Counted from the first letter of the stretch, positions 8,692 through 19,101 are shown. The stretch is DNA of 64,000 nt from a bacterium (GCA_024277725.1 JAJRUP010000152.1:520-64519), one strand, 5' to 3'. The notes: a model not told the origin generated them from the sequence alone. A program made the numbers and translations.

Positions 8692-10047
8692 ATGCACAGC
8701 ATTCCCCATGCCGCAACGTATCTATCATCAATGACTTCTCTGGAAAAATACAATCATTCCGTCCGGCGACATCACCGGTGGAACACCTCCGTAGGGTGGT
8801 TGGACGGGATCTTCTTCGCCCTCGGTGGAAGCCTGGTATCGCATATTACCATTCTGCCGATTTTTCTCCGTCTCCTCACCGAAAGCAAGTTGATCATCGG
8901 ACTGGTCCATACCTTCACCATGGTGGGAATCTTCTTTCCCCAGATCATCTCTGCACATCATATCGAGTCAATGCCCCTGAAAAAGGGACTGGTTATCCTG
9001 ATCTGGGCCGTCATGCGCCTCCCCTGGCTGGTCCTGGCCCTGATTCTGCCCTTGATGGTCCACCTTCCCCCCCCCTGGCCGGTGGTGATCTTCCTCCTGC
9101 TCTACCTCGTCTTCACCTTCGGCTGGGGGTTCGGTATTCCTCCCTGGCTCGACATGGTCGGCCGGATGATTCTCCCCCAAAAGCGGGGAGCCTTTCTCGG
9201 GATCCGTTTCACCCTCGGACGGATCTTCGGCATGATCGGCGCACTTTTTTCCATCTACCTGATTGAGGCCTATCCCTTCCCCTACAACTTTGCCCTCTGT
9301 TTCGCCGCCGCCTTTATCTTCATGAACATTTCTCTCTTCTTTTTCGCTCTGACCCGTGAGGTTCCTTACCCCGTCGTAAAGAAAAAAATTGCCTTTCTCG
9401 ATTTCATGCGCGCCCTGCCGGATGTCTTCCGGCGGGATCTCAATTTCTTCTATTACAACATCTCCTTTGCCCTGATCGCCTTTACGAACCTGACCCTGGC
9501 ATTCTATTCGGTCTATGCCGTGGAACGTTTTTCCCTGCCGAGCAGTTCCGCCGGGATTTTCACCACCGTCTTCATGGGCTCCCAGGCTGTTACAGGAATC
9601 GTCTGGGGATTTCTGGGAGACCGGCGGGGACATAAGTTCTGCCTGGTCCTCTCCGCGACCATGAGTATTCTGGCGGCAGTGACCGCCTACAGTGCGCCCT
9701 CGGCAACGTTCTTCTACGCCACTTTCTTTTTCGCCGGCGGGTATATGAGCGGCGCCCTGATCTCCAACATGAACATTGTTCTGGAATTCTGCTCCCCCGA
9801 AGAACGCCCCCTCTATATCGGTCTTTCCAACAGTTTTGCTGCTCCGGTCTTTATCGTCTCCCCTCTTCTCGGCGGATGGATCGTCGATCACTTCTCCTAC
9901 CGGACGGCTTTCGCAACCAATGCCATTCTTACGTCAATCGGCCTGATGGTTCTCCTCTTTTTTGTCAAAGACCCTCGCCGTATCCCCCGGCAGAAAACCT
10001 GTGAAACCGAACAGGGAGATTCCCAAAACAGACAACCTGTGATATGA
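8692..10047 (+). CDS. MFS transporter
   Basis: 451 aa with about 12 hydrophobic helices and MFS-like loop motifs (GDRRGHK). Confidence 0.7.
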   Translation: MHSIPHAATYLSSMTSLEKYNHSVRRHHRWNTSVGWLDGIFFALGGSLVSHITILPIFLRLLTESKLIIGLVHTFTMVGIFFPQIISAHHIESMPLKKGLVILIWAVMRLPWLVLALILPLMVHLPPPWPVVIFLLLYLVFTFGWGFGIPPWLDMVGRMILPQKRGAFLGIRFTLGRIFGMIGALFSIYLIEAYPFPYNFALCFAAAFIFMNISLFFFALTREVPYPVVKKKIAFLDFMRALPDVFRRDLNFFYYNISFALIAFTNLTLAFYSVYAVERFSLPSSSAGIFTTVFMGSQAVTGIVWGFLGDRRGHKFCLVLSATMSILAAVTAYSAPSATFFYATFFFAGGYMSGALISNMNIVLEFCSPEERPLYIGLSNSFAAPVFIVSPLLGGWIVDHFSYRTAFATNAILTSIGLMVLLFFVKDPRRIPRQKTCETEQGDSQNRQPVI

Positions 10048-10325
10048 TCTTCCTATTGTAGATGACGGTTGACAACGGATCGGGCGGCAAGAAAAATGGG
10101 GCAAAATTGTACATGCCGTAGGTCAAAAGTCCCGTTTCCCTGAGACAAATTCAGCAGGAAAAAAATCAGGTCCAGCTAACTTATTGAATAAAGGAAGAAT
10201 TTGTTTTTTTCTCCTGCCGGACATTTCGGGCACAATAATTGCTGTTTCAGCTGTATCATCTCCTTGCAGGGCGATTTTGTTTCCCGGTCATTCACTTCTC
10301 TCTTTTTCTCGAGGGCTACAGAATA

Positions 10326-11413
10326 TGAGCCCGAAGAAGATTCTGTGTATCGAAGACAACCCGAGCAGCAGGCTTCTCATCCGGAAGATCCTGGAACGGA
10401 ACAATTTCGAGTTTCATGAAGCCGACAACGGGATTTCAGGAATCCGGATGGCCCGCGAAATCCGGCCGGATCTCATCCTCATGGACATCAACATCCCCGG
10501 GATGGACGGGTACGAAACCACCACCCGGATCAAGGGGATCCCTGAATTGAAAAATATCCCCATCGTGGCGCTGACGGGACAATCCGGACAAGGCGATCGC
10601 GAACGGACCCTCATCGCCGGCTGTGACGGCTACCTGGCCAAACCGATCATCGCCCGCGATCTTCCCCGGAAAATCGAGGGATACCTCACCGGAACCCGTG
10701 AACGCGTCGAGGGCGTGGAGGAAGGAAACTACCTCCGGGAATACAGTCATCGCCTCGTCAACAAGCTGGAAGGAAAAATTTACGAACTGGCGGAGAAGAA
10801 CCAGCAGTTACAGGAATACGGGCTCAAGATGGAGCGGGTCTATATCGGGGTCATGAGTTCCCTGATGAATGCCTTGGAGCAGAAAGACCCTTACACCGCC
10901 GGACATTCCACACGGGTGACCCGGTTGGCGCTTTCCATCGGACGCCGGATGGGACTCTCTCCGGAGGAATTGAATACCCTGACCCGTGCGGGGGAACTGC
11001 ATGATGTGGGAAAACTGATTATCGACCTCTCCTCCATCAACAAAACCGCCCGACTGAGCGCAGAGGAATGGATCCGGATGAAAGAGCATCCGAGCATCGG
11101 TGCCCGCATCCTCATGCCCCTCACTTTTCTGCACAAAGAGATCCCCATCGTGGCCCAACATCATGAGCGATGGGACGGGCAGGGGTATCCCAACGGCCTT
11201 TCCGGGGACGACCTCAGCCTGATTACCTGCATCATCACAGCGGCCGACAGTTACGATGCCATGACCTCGGCACGCTGTTACCGCAAGAACATCACTCCGC
11301 CGGAAGAAGTGGTCGAAGAAATCAGCCGCTGCCGGGGCGCCCAGTTTCATCCCGAAGTCGCGGACGCTCTGATTGCCCTGATCGAAGAAAAGGATGTTCC
11401 TCTCCCTCACTGA
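10326..11413 (+). CDS. response regulator with HD-GYP phosphodiesterase domain
   Basis: Receiver domain (ILCIEDNPSSRLLI...DLILMDINIPGMDGYE...KP) followed by HD-GYP (HSTRV..ELHDVGK..HHERWDGQGYP). ATG at 10326 (MSPKKIL). Confidence 0.85.
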
Positions 11414-11429
11414 CCGGTCCTGTCCGGGA

Positions 11430-11801
11430 TCAGAACTCCGTTGCATCGAAGGCCCCGCGAATCAGCGCAAATTCCTTCCGTCGTCCCTTCCGGTCCGTCC
11501 GGACGGTCACCACATCAAAGCGGCAGGGCGGCAGTACCCCGCCCTTCTCGTTCAGAAAGGCCTGAGCCGTCCGAATCAACTGACGCTGCTTACGACGGTC
11601 CACCGCCTCTTGCGGCATCCCGAAAGCAGCCGTCGAACGTGTCTTGACCTCGACAAAGACGAGGGTATCCGCCTCCCGGGCAATGATGTCGATCTCCCCG
11701 AAGGGGGTCCGGTAATTGCGCCGCAGGATCTCAAAACCTTCCTGCTGAAGATAATGGACGGCCTCTCTTTCTCCGAGTTTGCCGAGGAGTAGATGTCGCA
11801 T
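11430..11801 (-). CDS. yraN: YraN-family endonuclease (UPF0102)
   Basis: GEREAVHYLQQEGFEILRRNYRTPFGEIDIIAREADTLVFVEVKTR is the UPF0102 signature. Start placed at the internal Met to avoid overlap with rnhB. Confidence 0.75.
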   Translation of the reverse strand: MRHLLLGKLGEREAVHYLQQEGFEILRRNYRTPFGEIDIIAREADTLVFVEVKTRSTAAFGMPQEAVDRRKQRQLIRTAQAFLNEKGGVLPPCRFDVVTVRTDRKGRRKEFALIRGAFDATEF

Positions 11802-11815
11802 CGCATCCTGCTCCA

Positions 11816-12511
11816 CTACTCCGGGAAGGAAAGTCGACTCCCGCCCTTTCCCGTACCGGAGCAATATTCCCGCACCCCCCGGAAGGTCCTGCGATGGATC
11901 GGGCAGGGACCCCGCTCCTGAAGAATCCTCCGATGTTCCCGGGTACCGTAACCTTTATGTCTCTGAAAATTGTATTCCGGATAGCGCTGATGAAACTCCG
12001 CCATGAGCCGGTCCCGGGTCACTTTGGCAATCACCGACGCGGCGGCAATGGAATGACTGAGAAGATCCCCTTTGATGATCCCCTTCTGGGGTCGGGGGTC
12101 ATCAATCGAAAGGGCATCAATGAGGAGATAATCGGGCGAGGGTTGAAGGGCCGCCACGGCCGCCTCCATGGCACGGCGCGTCGCTTCCAGGATATTGATC
12201 CGATCAATCAGGTCGGCATCGGAGATCCCGATCCCCCAGGCAAGAGCCTTTTCCTGAATCAAGGGGAAAAGTTCTTCCCGCAGCGCAGGAGTCAGTTTCT
12301 TGGAATCGGTGAGTCGGGGAATTCCGGATTCCCCGGGGAGGATGACCGCCGCCGCCACGACCGGCCCCGCCAAAGGTCCCCGGCCGGCCTCATCAATCCC
12401 TGCCACCCTGCAGAACCCTTCATGATACGCCCTGCGCTCAAAGAAAAAAGGATCACATCGACTCTCCTCGGGGAAGAGTTCCGCCTCTGATGTCGCAGGA
12501 CCTTTTGCCAT
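11816..12511 (-). CDS. rnhB: ribonuclease HII
   Basis: AGIDEAGRGPLAGPVVAAAVIL, DSKKL and a YGTRE-like C-terminus. Confidence 0.85.
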   Translation of the reverse strand: MAKGPATSEAELFPEESRCDPFFFERRAYHEGFCRVAGIDEAGRGPLAGPVVAAAVILPGESGIPRLTDSKKLTPALREELFPLIQEKALAWGIGISDADLIDRINILEATRRAMEAAVAALQPSPDYLLIDALSIDDPRPQKGIIKGDLLSHSIAAASVIAKVTRDRLMAEFHQRYPEYNFQRHKGYGTREHRRILQERGPCPIHRRTFRGVREYCSGTGKGGSRLSFPE

Positions 12512-12566
12512 GAACGGACCCTCCCCTTCCGTCCGGATTCAAGGATCGGTCAGGGAATCGAAATAT

Positions 12567-12953
12567 CTACCGGGAAGCGTTGTTCCCCTTCTCCAGCTTG
12601 GCCCGCTGCTCCCTGGAAACCGCCGAAATACGGGCCGCCTTCCCGGAAAGATCCCGGAGATAATTCAGCTTCGCCCGCCGGACCTTGCCGTACTGCACAA
12701 CCTCGATCCGCTCAACGATCGGCGAATGGAGCGGGAAGGTACGTTCCACCCCCACACCATTGGAAATCTTACGAACGGTGAAAGATTCACGCAGGCGGGT
12801 CCCCTGGATACCGATCACCATACCTTCAAAAACCTGGATACGTTCCTTTTTCCCTTCGATGATGCGTACATGGACCCGCACCGTCGCACCGGGACGAAGG
12901 ACCGGAAGGTCCTTTTTCAACTCTCTCGTTTCAAGGGATTCAATAATATTCAC
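12567..12953 (-). CDS. rplS: 50S ribosomal protein L19
   Basis: [28 protein letters not shown] and the conserved trmD-rplS order. Confidence 0.9.
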   Translation of the reverse strand: MNIIESLETRELKKDLPVLRPGATVRVHVRIIEGKKERIQVFEGMVIGIQGTRLRESFTVRKISNGVGVERTFPLHSPIVERIEVVQYGKVRRAKLNYLRDLSGKAARISAVSREQRAKLEKGNNASR

Positions 12954-12968
12954 GAGCTTTTCTCCTTT

Positions 12969-13763
12969 TCATGTTCCGTTTTTCCGCTCCTCATCGCACG
13001 CTTCCCTCTCCAACCCCGCTTCATACCGTTTCCGGATCTGCAGAAGCATCTCCCGATCTTCGTTACTCAACCCGGCATCCTCCAGTAAATCGGGACGGTT
13101 GCAGAAGGTTTTCTCTAATGCACAATAACGCTGGTACCTTTTGATCCTCGCATGATGGCCCGAAAGAAGGATCTTTGGAACCTTCATCCCGCGATACTCT
13201 TCCGGCCGCGTGTACTGGGGATGTTTCAGGATCCCCCCGGAAAACGAATCCGATGCGACCGAACGTTCATCCCCCACCACACCGGGCAGATTTCTCGAAA
13301 CCGCATCAAGCACCACCAGGGCCGCCAGTTCCCCTCCGGAGATCACATAATCCCCGATGGAGATCTCTTCATCCACGAGATGGGCAACGACCCGTTCATC
13401 AACCCCTTCGTAACTGCCGCAAATCAAGGTCACAGCCTTCGTTCCGGCAGCCAGGCGCTCGGCCATCGCCTGATCGAAGACACGCACCTGAGGGGACAGA
13501 AGCACCACCCGGGTCTCAGGCCGCGTCCCGCGTATCGCATCAACGGCCCGGAAGATCGGTTCCGGTTTCAGAACCATCCCTTCACCACCGCCGTATGGAT
13601 AGTCGTCCGCCGTCCGGTGACGGTCCCGGGTGTAATCCCGGAGCGAATGAACCCGTACGGTAATCTTTTGGTCCGCCCGCGCCCGTCCGATAATCCCGGT
13701 TTCGGCATAGACCCGAATGACCTCCGGAAAGAGGGTCAGGACATCCCAATCAAATAGACTCAA
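12969..13763 (-). CDS. trmD: tRNA (guanine37-N1)-methyltransferase
   Basis: LFPEV...YGGGEGMVLKPEPIF..VLLSPQ...GSYEGVDERV SPOUT motifs. Confidence 0.9.
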   Translation of the reverse strand: MSLFDWDVLTLFPEVIRVYAETGIIGRARADQKITVRVHSLRDYTRDRHRTADDYPYGGGEGMVLKPEPIFRAVDAIRGTRPETRVVLLSPQVRVFDQAMAERLAAGTKAVTLICGSYEGVDERVVAHLVDEEISIGDYVISGGELAALVVLDAVSRNLPGVVGDERSVASDSFSGGILKHPQYTRPEEYRGMKVPKILLSGHHARIKRYQRYCALEKTFCNRPDLLEDAGLSNEDREMLLQIRKRYEAGLEREACDEERKNGT

Positions 13764-14265
13764 GAAGTCCCTCCATGACGTGGATGATCATCTCCCTCCG
13801 TTCAAGATCGACCTTCCGGATCACCTCCTCGATCGCCGGAATCAGGATTTCCTTTTTCCCCTTCCGGACCACATAAACATCGTTGCTGCCCGTCTCCAGG
13901 ATTTCCGCGATCCTGCCCAAGGCAATACCTTCCTCGGTAACCACGGAAATCCCGAGTATATCGGCGTGGTAGTAACGTCCCTCCGGCAAGGTTTGCGCCT
14001 GCGAACGGGGGATCAGGATCCGCCCCTTCAGAAAAGGCTCCACATCTTCCAGACGATCCTTCCCCGCGAAATGGAGGATCAAGCGATCCTGCTGAAATCG
14101 GACCCGGTCAATCTCGACAGGAAAACGTTCCCCCCCGGGAACTTCAACCACCACTTCCGCAAGATCCAGAAACCGCCGGGGGGAATCGGTCAGGGGGTAG
14201 ACCTTGACCTCTCCCCGGATACCATGCTTCCGGAAAATCGTACCGACCTCTATCCACTCTTCCAT
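13750..14265 (-). CDS. rimM: ribosome maturation factor RimM
   Basis: EWIEVGTIFRKHGIRGEVKVYPLTD with a PRC barrel C-terminus. Start set at the internal Met; overlaps the trmD start as usual. Confidence 0.8.
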   Translation of the reverse strand: MEEWIEVGTIFRKHGIRGEVKVYPLTDSPRRFLDLAEVVVEVPGGERFPVEIDRVRFQQDRLILHFAGKDRLEDVEPFLKGRILIPRSQAQTLPEGRYYHADILGISVVTEEGIALGRIAEILETGSNDVYVVRKGKKEILIPAIEEVIRKVDLERREMIIHVMEGLLESI

Positions 14266-14332
14266 AAAACCGGGGACACCATCACTTTGATTCCATACAC
14301 AAATAGCCGCAGATGGACTTATTGCGAAGTGA

Positions 14333-14563
14333 TCACTCAATGATTTCGAGGACGCAGCGCTTCCCCATCTTCGTCCCCGCTGCATTCAGAATGGTCCGGA
14401 GCGCACGGGCGGTTCTCCCCTGTTTGCCGATGACTTTTCCCAAATCTTCCTGGGCGACCTTCAATTCGATGACGGTCGTCTTTTCTCCCTGCACCTCCTG
14501 GACATCGACTTCATCCGGACGATCCACCAGAGCTTTCACGACGTAAATAATGAGTTCTTTCAT
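14333..14563 (-). CDS. KH-domain RNA-binding protein (UPF0109)
   Basis: 76 aa, [18 protein letters not shown] motif, between rpsP and rimM as in many bacteria. Confidence 0.75.
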   Translation of the reverse strand: MKELIIYVVKALVDRPDEVDVQEVQGEKTTVIELKVAQEDLGKVIGKQGRTARALRTILNAAGTKMGKRCVLEIIE

Positions 14564-14619
14564 CTTCGGCCACCCTCCTCTCGAGCATCCACTTCCCGCC
14601 TATGCCTACGGTACCGCCA

Positions 14620-14883
14620 TTACGCGGTCTGACGAAATTTGGCCCAGATTCCCGTGCTCTTGAGAAAACGTTTGACCGTCTCCGTCGGCCGGGCACCGCA
14701 GCCCAACCACTTCAATGCCGCATCTTCCTGCAAAACGATTTCGGAAGGATCCTTCCGAGGATCGTAAGTCCCGATCTGTTCAACAAATTTCCCGTCTCTG
14801 GCCTTCTCCGAATCCATCACCACAATCCGGTAAAAGGGGGACTTTTTTGCGCCGAACCGGCTCAGACGTATTGACACTGCCAT
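14620..14883 (-). CDS. rpsP: 30S ribosomal protein S16
   Basis: MAVSIRLSRFGAKKSPFYRIVV N-terminus. Confidence 0.9.
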   Translation of the reverse strand: MAVSIRLSRFGAKKSPFYRIVVMDSEKARDGKFVEQIGTYDPRKDPSEIVLQEDAALKWLGCGARPTETVKRFLKSTGIWAKFRQTA

Positions 14884-14943
14884 ACCTTTTCACCTCCCTG
14901 AATCAAGTTGAATCCTCTCCTACGCTGCTCTCCTGCAGCAGGC

Positions 14944-16350
14944 TTATCTTCTGATCTTTCTTTTCTTCTTCAATTTCTTCCGAAATCTTCCGCCGCCGCT
15001 CATGGCCAGGGAGTTGCCCATACCCATGCCCGGCATCCCGCCGGGAAAAGCCGGAGCCCCCCCTTTGGCAAACATCTTCATCATCTTCTGCATCTGGGAG
15101 AACTGCTGCAAAAGACGGTTGAGGTCCTGCACCGTCGTTCCGCTTCCCCGGGCGATCCGTTTCCTTCGGCTTCCGTTGATGATCTGATGGCGCTGCCGCT
15201 CTTCGGGGGTCATGGAGCCGATCATCGCCTCAATCTTCACGAGTTCCTTTTCATCGGGCCGGGCCGCCGAGAGTTCCGGGAGCCGTCCCATGCCGGGGAT
15301 CATCTTCATCAGGGATTCGAGGGAGCCCATCTTCTTGATATTTCTGAGCTGATCCCGAAAATCATCCAGAGTAAACTGTTCCTTACGGATCTTTCGTTCC
15401 AGCCGGGCCGCCTGCTTCTCGTCAAAGGTCGCCTCCGCCTTTTCGATCAGCGTCAACAAATCCCCCATACCCAGAATCCGGGAAGCCACCCGATCGGGAT
15501 GAAAGACCTCAAGCTGGTCCATTTTCTCACCCATCCCGACAAACTTGATCGGTTTGCCCGTCACATAACGGATGGAAAGGGCGGCACCACCCCGGGCATC
15601 GCCGTCCAACTTGGTCAGGATCACACCGGAAATGTCGAGCACTTCATTAAAGCGCTGGGAGATATTGACCGCATCCTGTCCCGTCATGGCATCGGCCACG
15701 AAGAGAATCTCGTGAGGCGAAACCTTCGCCTTGATTCGCGAAAGCTCCTCCATCAGGGTTTCATCAATATGGAGCCGCCCCGCCGTATCCATCAGGACCA
15801 GGTCAAATCCCTCGGAGCGGGCCTTGGTCATCGCCTCGTCGCAGATCGAGACGGGGTCGCGGCTCTCCGTGCTGTAGACCGGGATGCCCAGTTGCTCCCC
15901 CAGGACCTGAATCTGTCGTATGGCGGCGGGACGGTAGACATCGGCGGCCACCATGAGGGGACGGTGCCCTTTTCTCTTGTAAATCCGGGCCATCTTGCCG
16001 ATGGTCGTGGTCTTCCCCGAACCCTGCAACCCCACTACCATGATTACCGTCGGAGGGGTGGAAGCGAGTTGAATCCGGCTGTCCGTCGCCCCCATGAGGT
16101 CCGTCAATTCATCCTGGACAATCTTGATGAACTGTTGGCCCGGATTGAGACTCTGATGGACCTCCGCCCCGAGGGAACGCTCCTTCACCTTTTCGAGAAA
16201 ACTCCGGACGACTTTGTAGTTCACGTCCGCCTCAAGAAGGGCCATTTTGACTTCCTTCAAGGCCTCCCGGACGTTTTCATCGGAAAGTTTCCCCTTGCCG
16301 GTGACGTTTCTAATAATTGAATTCAGTTTTTCCGAAAGGGTATCAAACAC
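14944..16350 (-). CDS. ffh: signal recognition particle protein Ffh
   Basis: NG domain (GLQGSGKTTT, DTAGR, TKLDGDARGG) plus a Met-rich M domain and basic tail. Confidence 0.95.
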   Translation of the reverse strand: MFDTLSEKLNSIIRNVTGKGKLSDENVREALKEVKMALLEADVNYKVVRSFLEKVKERSLGAEVHQSLNPGQQFIKIVQDELTDLMGATDSRIQLASTPPTVIMVVGLQGSGKTTTIGKMARIYKRKGHRPLMVAADVYRPAAIRQIQVLGEQLGIPVYSTESRDPVSICDEAMTKARSEGFDLVLMDTAGRLHIDETLMEELSRIKAKVSPHEILFVADAMTGQDAVNISQRFNEVLDISGVILTKLDGDARGGAALSIRYVTGKPIKFVGMGEKMDQLEVFHPDRVASRILGMGDLLTLIEKAEATFDEKQAARLERKIRKEQFTLDDFRDQLRNIKKMGSLESLMKMIPGMGRLPELSAARPDEKELVKIEAMIGSMTPEERQRHQIINGSRRKRIARGSGTTVQDLNRLLQQFSQMQKMMKMFAKGGAPAFPGGMPGMGMGNSLAMSGGGRFRKKLKKKRKIRR

Positions 16351-16679
16351 ACCTAACTCCCGCGGCGCTCAGCATCGCTTTTTTACGGCAAAGCCCGAAA
16401 AAGCCTTTCCGGACTTTCCAGTCAAACCTAAAGCTTACAGATTTTATTGATTTATTATACCTCTGTCAAGAAAATAAAGTACGCCATTCCTTGATGTCTT
16501 CGTAAGAAGTCATCTTCAGGCCGAGGGCGGGTAAGCCCCGGCCTGGGGTGGGGGTGGAACCATTTGAATTGACTTCAAATGGCGGGGGAGGAATCGCCTC
16601 CCCCGCCTCGTAAAAAGGCGTTCTTCGACTTTTTACGAGGTCATCATTCCTGAAAGAGGAGAAACTGCCGGTAAGGAAA

Positions 16680-17333
16680 TCAGGCAAGCTCTTTTCGAAA
16701 ACAATCCAGGGTTTCCTGGTAATCCTCCGTACCGAAAACCGCCGATCCGGCGACCAGTACATCGGCGCCGGCCCGGACGATCTTTTTCGCATTTTCCACC
16801 GTCACACCGCCGTCAACTTCAATTTCCAGGTCGAGTCTCTTCTCCGTCACCATCTCCTTGAGATGGGCAATCTTGGAGAGGACTCCCTCAATAAAGCTCT
16901 GTCCGCCGAAACCGGGGTTGACCGTCATCAGGAGTACCAGATCGACGTCGGCAAGAACATACTCCAGGATCGAAAGCGGCTGATGGGGGTTCAGGGCCAC
17001 CCCTGCCTTCTTCCCCAGATCCTTGATCTGGTGAATCGTCCGGTCAAGATGCACACAGGCCTCAGCATGGACCGTCAGGATATCACCGCCGGCCCGGGCG
17101 AATTCCGGGATGTAGTCCGAGGGACTCTCGATCATCAGGTGTACATCGAGGGGCAGATCGGTGATCTTGCGTACCGCCGCCACTACGGCGGGACCGATGG
17201 TGATGTTCGGCACGAAGTGACCGTCCATGACATCAACGTGGATATAATCCGCCCCCGCCTTCGCCACGGCCCGGATTTCCTCTCCCAGCCGTGCAAAATC
17301 GGAAGAGAGGATCGACGGCGCCATCTTGACCAT
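16680..17333 (-). CDS. rpe: ribulose-phosphate 3-epimerase
   Basis: [38 protein letters not shown]. Confidence 0.9.
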   Translation of the reverse strand: MVKMAPSILSSDFARLGEEIRAVAKAGADYIHVDVMDGHFVPNITIGPAVVAAVRKITDLPLDVHLMIESPSDYIPEFARAGGDILTVHAEACVHLDRTIHQIKDLGKKAGVALNPHQPLSILEYVLADVDLVLLMTVNPGFGGQSFIEGVLSKIAHLKEMVTEKRLDLEIEVDGGVTVENAKKIVRAGADVLVAGSAVFGTEDYQETLDCFRKELA

Positions 17334-17593
17334 GAGAAAACCTCCCGGAAGATTTAAAAAATATGGACAGCCTACCCGAATCCCTCCCTTCTGTCAAAGG
17401 GGAATTTCAGGAGAAAAGCGGAAATTATCACGAAAGGAGTAGTGCAAAAATGAGGAGATCACGAATAAATTTACCAGGATTTGAGTAATTTAGTAATTCC
17501 CGGCGATTTTTTTGTGACTTTTCCCCTCCTTATCCCACTAATATACTGATTTTTTGTTTTATCGTTCAAAACGCGAAATAAGGAGTGACAAAA

Positions 17594-18940
17594 ATGGCAA
17601 TGATCACGGAAAGAATCTCAATCGACTCAGGAAAGATCCAAAACTTCATCTTGCAGTTCATCCTCTTGACCCTCCTCCTCCCCTTCCATGCAGAGGCGGC
17701 AGCCAACTATACGTTGGGGATGATCAGCGACCCCACTTACGGAATCATCGACCGGAACCCCGTGCTCGACAACACGGGCCGGGTGGCCTGGGAACAGAAA
17801 CGGCCCAACCCCGACGGCTGGTCCTACAGCTCCGGGATCCATCTCTACGACGGCGGGACCCACACCTTCCTCGGGGACTATACCCACGAGAACGTGGGTC
17901 CGACCCTGAGCGACTCGGGCTCACTTGTGTGGAGGGACAGAACCACAAGAGAAATCAAACAATACAGCAACTCTTCGACCCAGACGATCGGTTCCTACCT
18001 GGCCTACACGGACCAGGCGGTCAGCCGGGACGGCAAGGTGGCCTGGTACTACGCCGATTCCAGCAGCGGATCGAGCAACAACGCCTTTTATCTCTACTAC
18101 CACGGCACGACGAACGTCTCCCCGAACGCAGGCTATTTCGACTATCCCGCGTACACCATATACAAACCCTACGGAAACGCTTCCGGAGCTTACGCCCCGA
18201 AGGTCAACAATGCCGGACAGACCGTCTGGATGGGAGGCGTGTACGACCAGGAGATCTTCGTCTACGACAGTGCGGCCGGGACCATCAGCAATATCAGCAA
18301 CCGGAGCTTCGACGACTACTACCCGGACATCAACGACAGCGGCGAGATCGTCTGGTATGGTGTAACCTCCACCGATACGGGATACCCATACGGATACCCC
18401 ACCGAGGCCGATCTTTTCTACTACAACGGTTCTGCCGTGCAAAGCATCACGGGAAATCCGGTAAGCACCAGCGGGGGTTATTCGGCGCCGCTCATCAACA
18501 ACAACGGCCAGATCGCCTACGTCGGCCCCGACACCGATCCCGGGGGCACCGACCTGGAGGTCTTCCTCTACGATATCGCATCCGGCACCACCCTCCAGAT
18601 CACGCACGACGATATCTGGCAGCCCTTCTATTTAAGCATGAACGATTACGGCCAGCTCGCCTGGGTCGGGGTCGCCAAAGACCTCTCCACCGACGACGAG
18701 GTCTTCGTCTGGGACGGGAGCGTCGTGCAGCAGCTCACCCACGACGACGGCAACGCCCTGAACACCTCCATCAACAACCTGGGCCAGGTGGTGTGGGAAA
18801 ACTATGATACCAATCCCTCCAACCAGGACTGGGAGGTCTGGCTCGCCACACCCACGGCCGTTCCCGAACCGGGCAGTCTCCTGTTGATCGCCTCGGGCAT
18901 CACCCTCCTCTCCCTGCGGCGTTCCCGGAACGGTTCATAA
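17594..18940 (+). CDS. secreted repeat protein with PEP-CTERM sorting signal
   Basis: ATG at 17594 with AAGGAG upstream and a signal peptide. About eight ~45-aa repeats (E[VI]F[VL][YW]DG...T......[IL]N[ND].G[QE][IV][AV]W.G, ELW-DGT-like). C-terminus VPEPGSLLLIASGITLLSLRRSR is PEP, then a TM helix, then an Arg cluster. AT-rich upstream region. Confidence 0.7.
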   Translation: MAMITERISIDSGKIQNFILQFILLTLLLPFHAEAAANYTLGMISDPTYGIIDRNPVLDNTGRVAWEQKRPNPDGWSYSSGIHLYDGGTHTFLGDYTHENVGPTLSDSGSLVWRDRTTREIKQYSNSSTQTIGSYLAYTDQAVSRDGKVAWYYADSSSGSSNNAFYLYYHGTTNVSPNAGYFDYPAYTIYKPYGNASGAYAPKVNNAGQTVWMGGVYDQEIFVYDSAAGTISNISNRSFDDYYPDINDSGEIVWYGVTSTDTGYPYGYPTEADLFYYNGSAVQSITGNPVSTSGGYSAPLINNNGQIAYVGPDTDPGGTDLEVFLYDIASGTTLQITHDDIWQPFYLSMNDYGQLAWVGVAKDLSTDDEVFVWDGSVVQQLTHDDGNALNTSINNLGQVVWENYDTNPSNQDWEVWLATPTAVPEPGSLLLIASGITLLSLRRSRNGS

Positions 18941-18958
18941 CACTCCGCTCCTGTGAGC

Positions 18959-19012
18959 GGTCTTTTCCGCTCCTCCCGAACCTGCCGAAGGAGGAGCGGA
19001 AAAGACCCATTT
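18959..19012 (+). terminator. stem-loop downstream of the PEP-CTERM gene (18-bp perfect stem)
   Basis: ggtcttttccgctcctcc / ggaggagcggaaaagacc perfect inverted repeat with a 13-nt loop, then catttctcc, 19 bp after the stop codon. Confidence 0.55.
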
Positions 19013-19072
19013 CTCCTTCAACCGACATCCCCATCGAGGATGTCGTGCAACCTCCTGAAGGTTCAGAAAAAT

Positions 19073-19101
19073 TTGACAGAACCCTCGCCGTTCACTATAA
19101 T
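19073..19101 (+). promoter_or_regulatory. consensus sigma-70-type promoter (TTGACA-17-TATAAT)
   Basis: TTGACA at 19073-19078, exact 17-nt spacer, TATAAT at 19096-19101. Predicted start about 19108, giving a ~235-nt leader before the tusA-like gene. Confidence 0.6.

Noticed and set aside
7167-9266. 699-aa plus-strand ORF, and similar long antisense ORFs (1371-2522, 14908-16320, 46112-47755, 51543-52898, 40322-41191, 41364-42383)
   Set aside because: All lie antisense to well-supported genes (gdhA, coaBC, ffh, sdhA, proS, korB, korA). Translations are Arg/Pro/His/Gly-rich with no motifs, the typical open antisense frames of a GC-rich genome.
16518-16612. Hairpins ccatttgaa-ttgac-ttcaaatgg and gcgggggagg-aatcg-cctcccccgc between rpe and ffh as a functional element
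   Set aside because: They lie immediately downstream of rpe on the minus strand and most simply act as its terminator/insulator before the ffh promoter. No U-tract, so recorded only as a note, not as a feature.
17554-18807. 417-aa Arg-rich ORF overlapping the PEP-CTERM gene in another frame
   Set aside because: The RxR-rich low-complexity product is an alternative frame of the real repeat protein (frame of 17594-18940 has a signal peptide, repeats and a PEP-CTERM tail).
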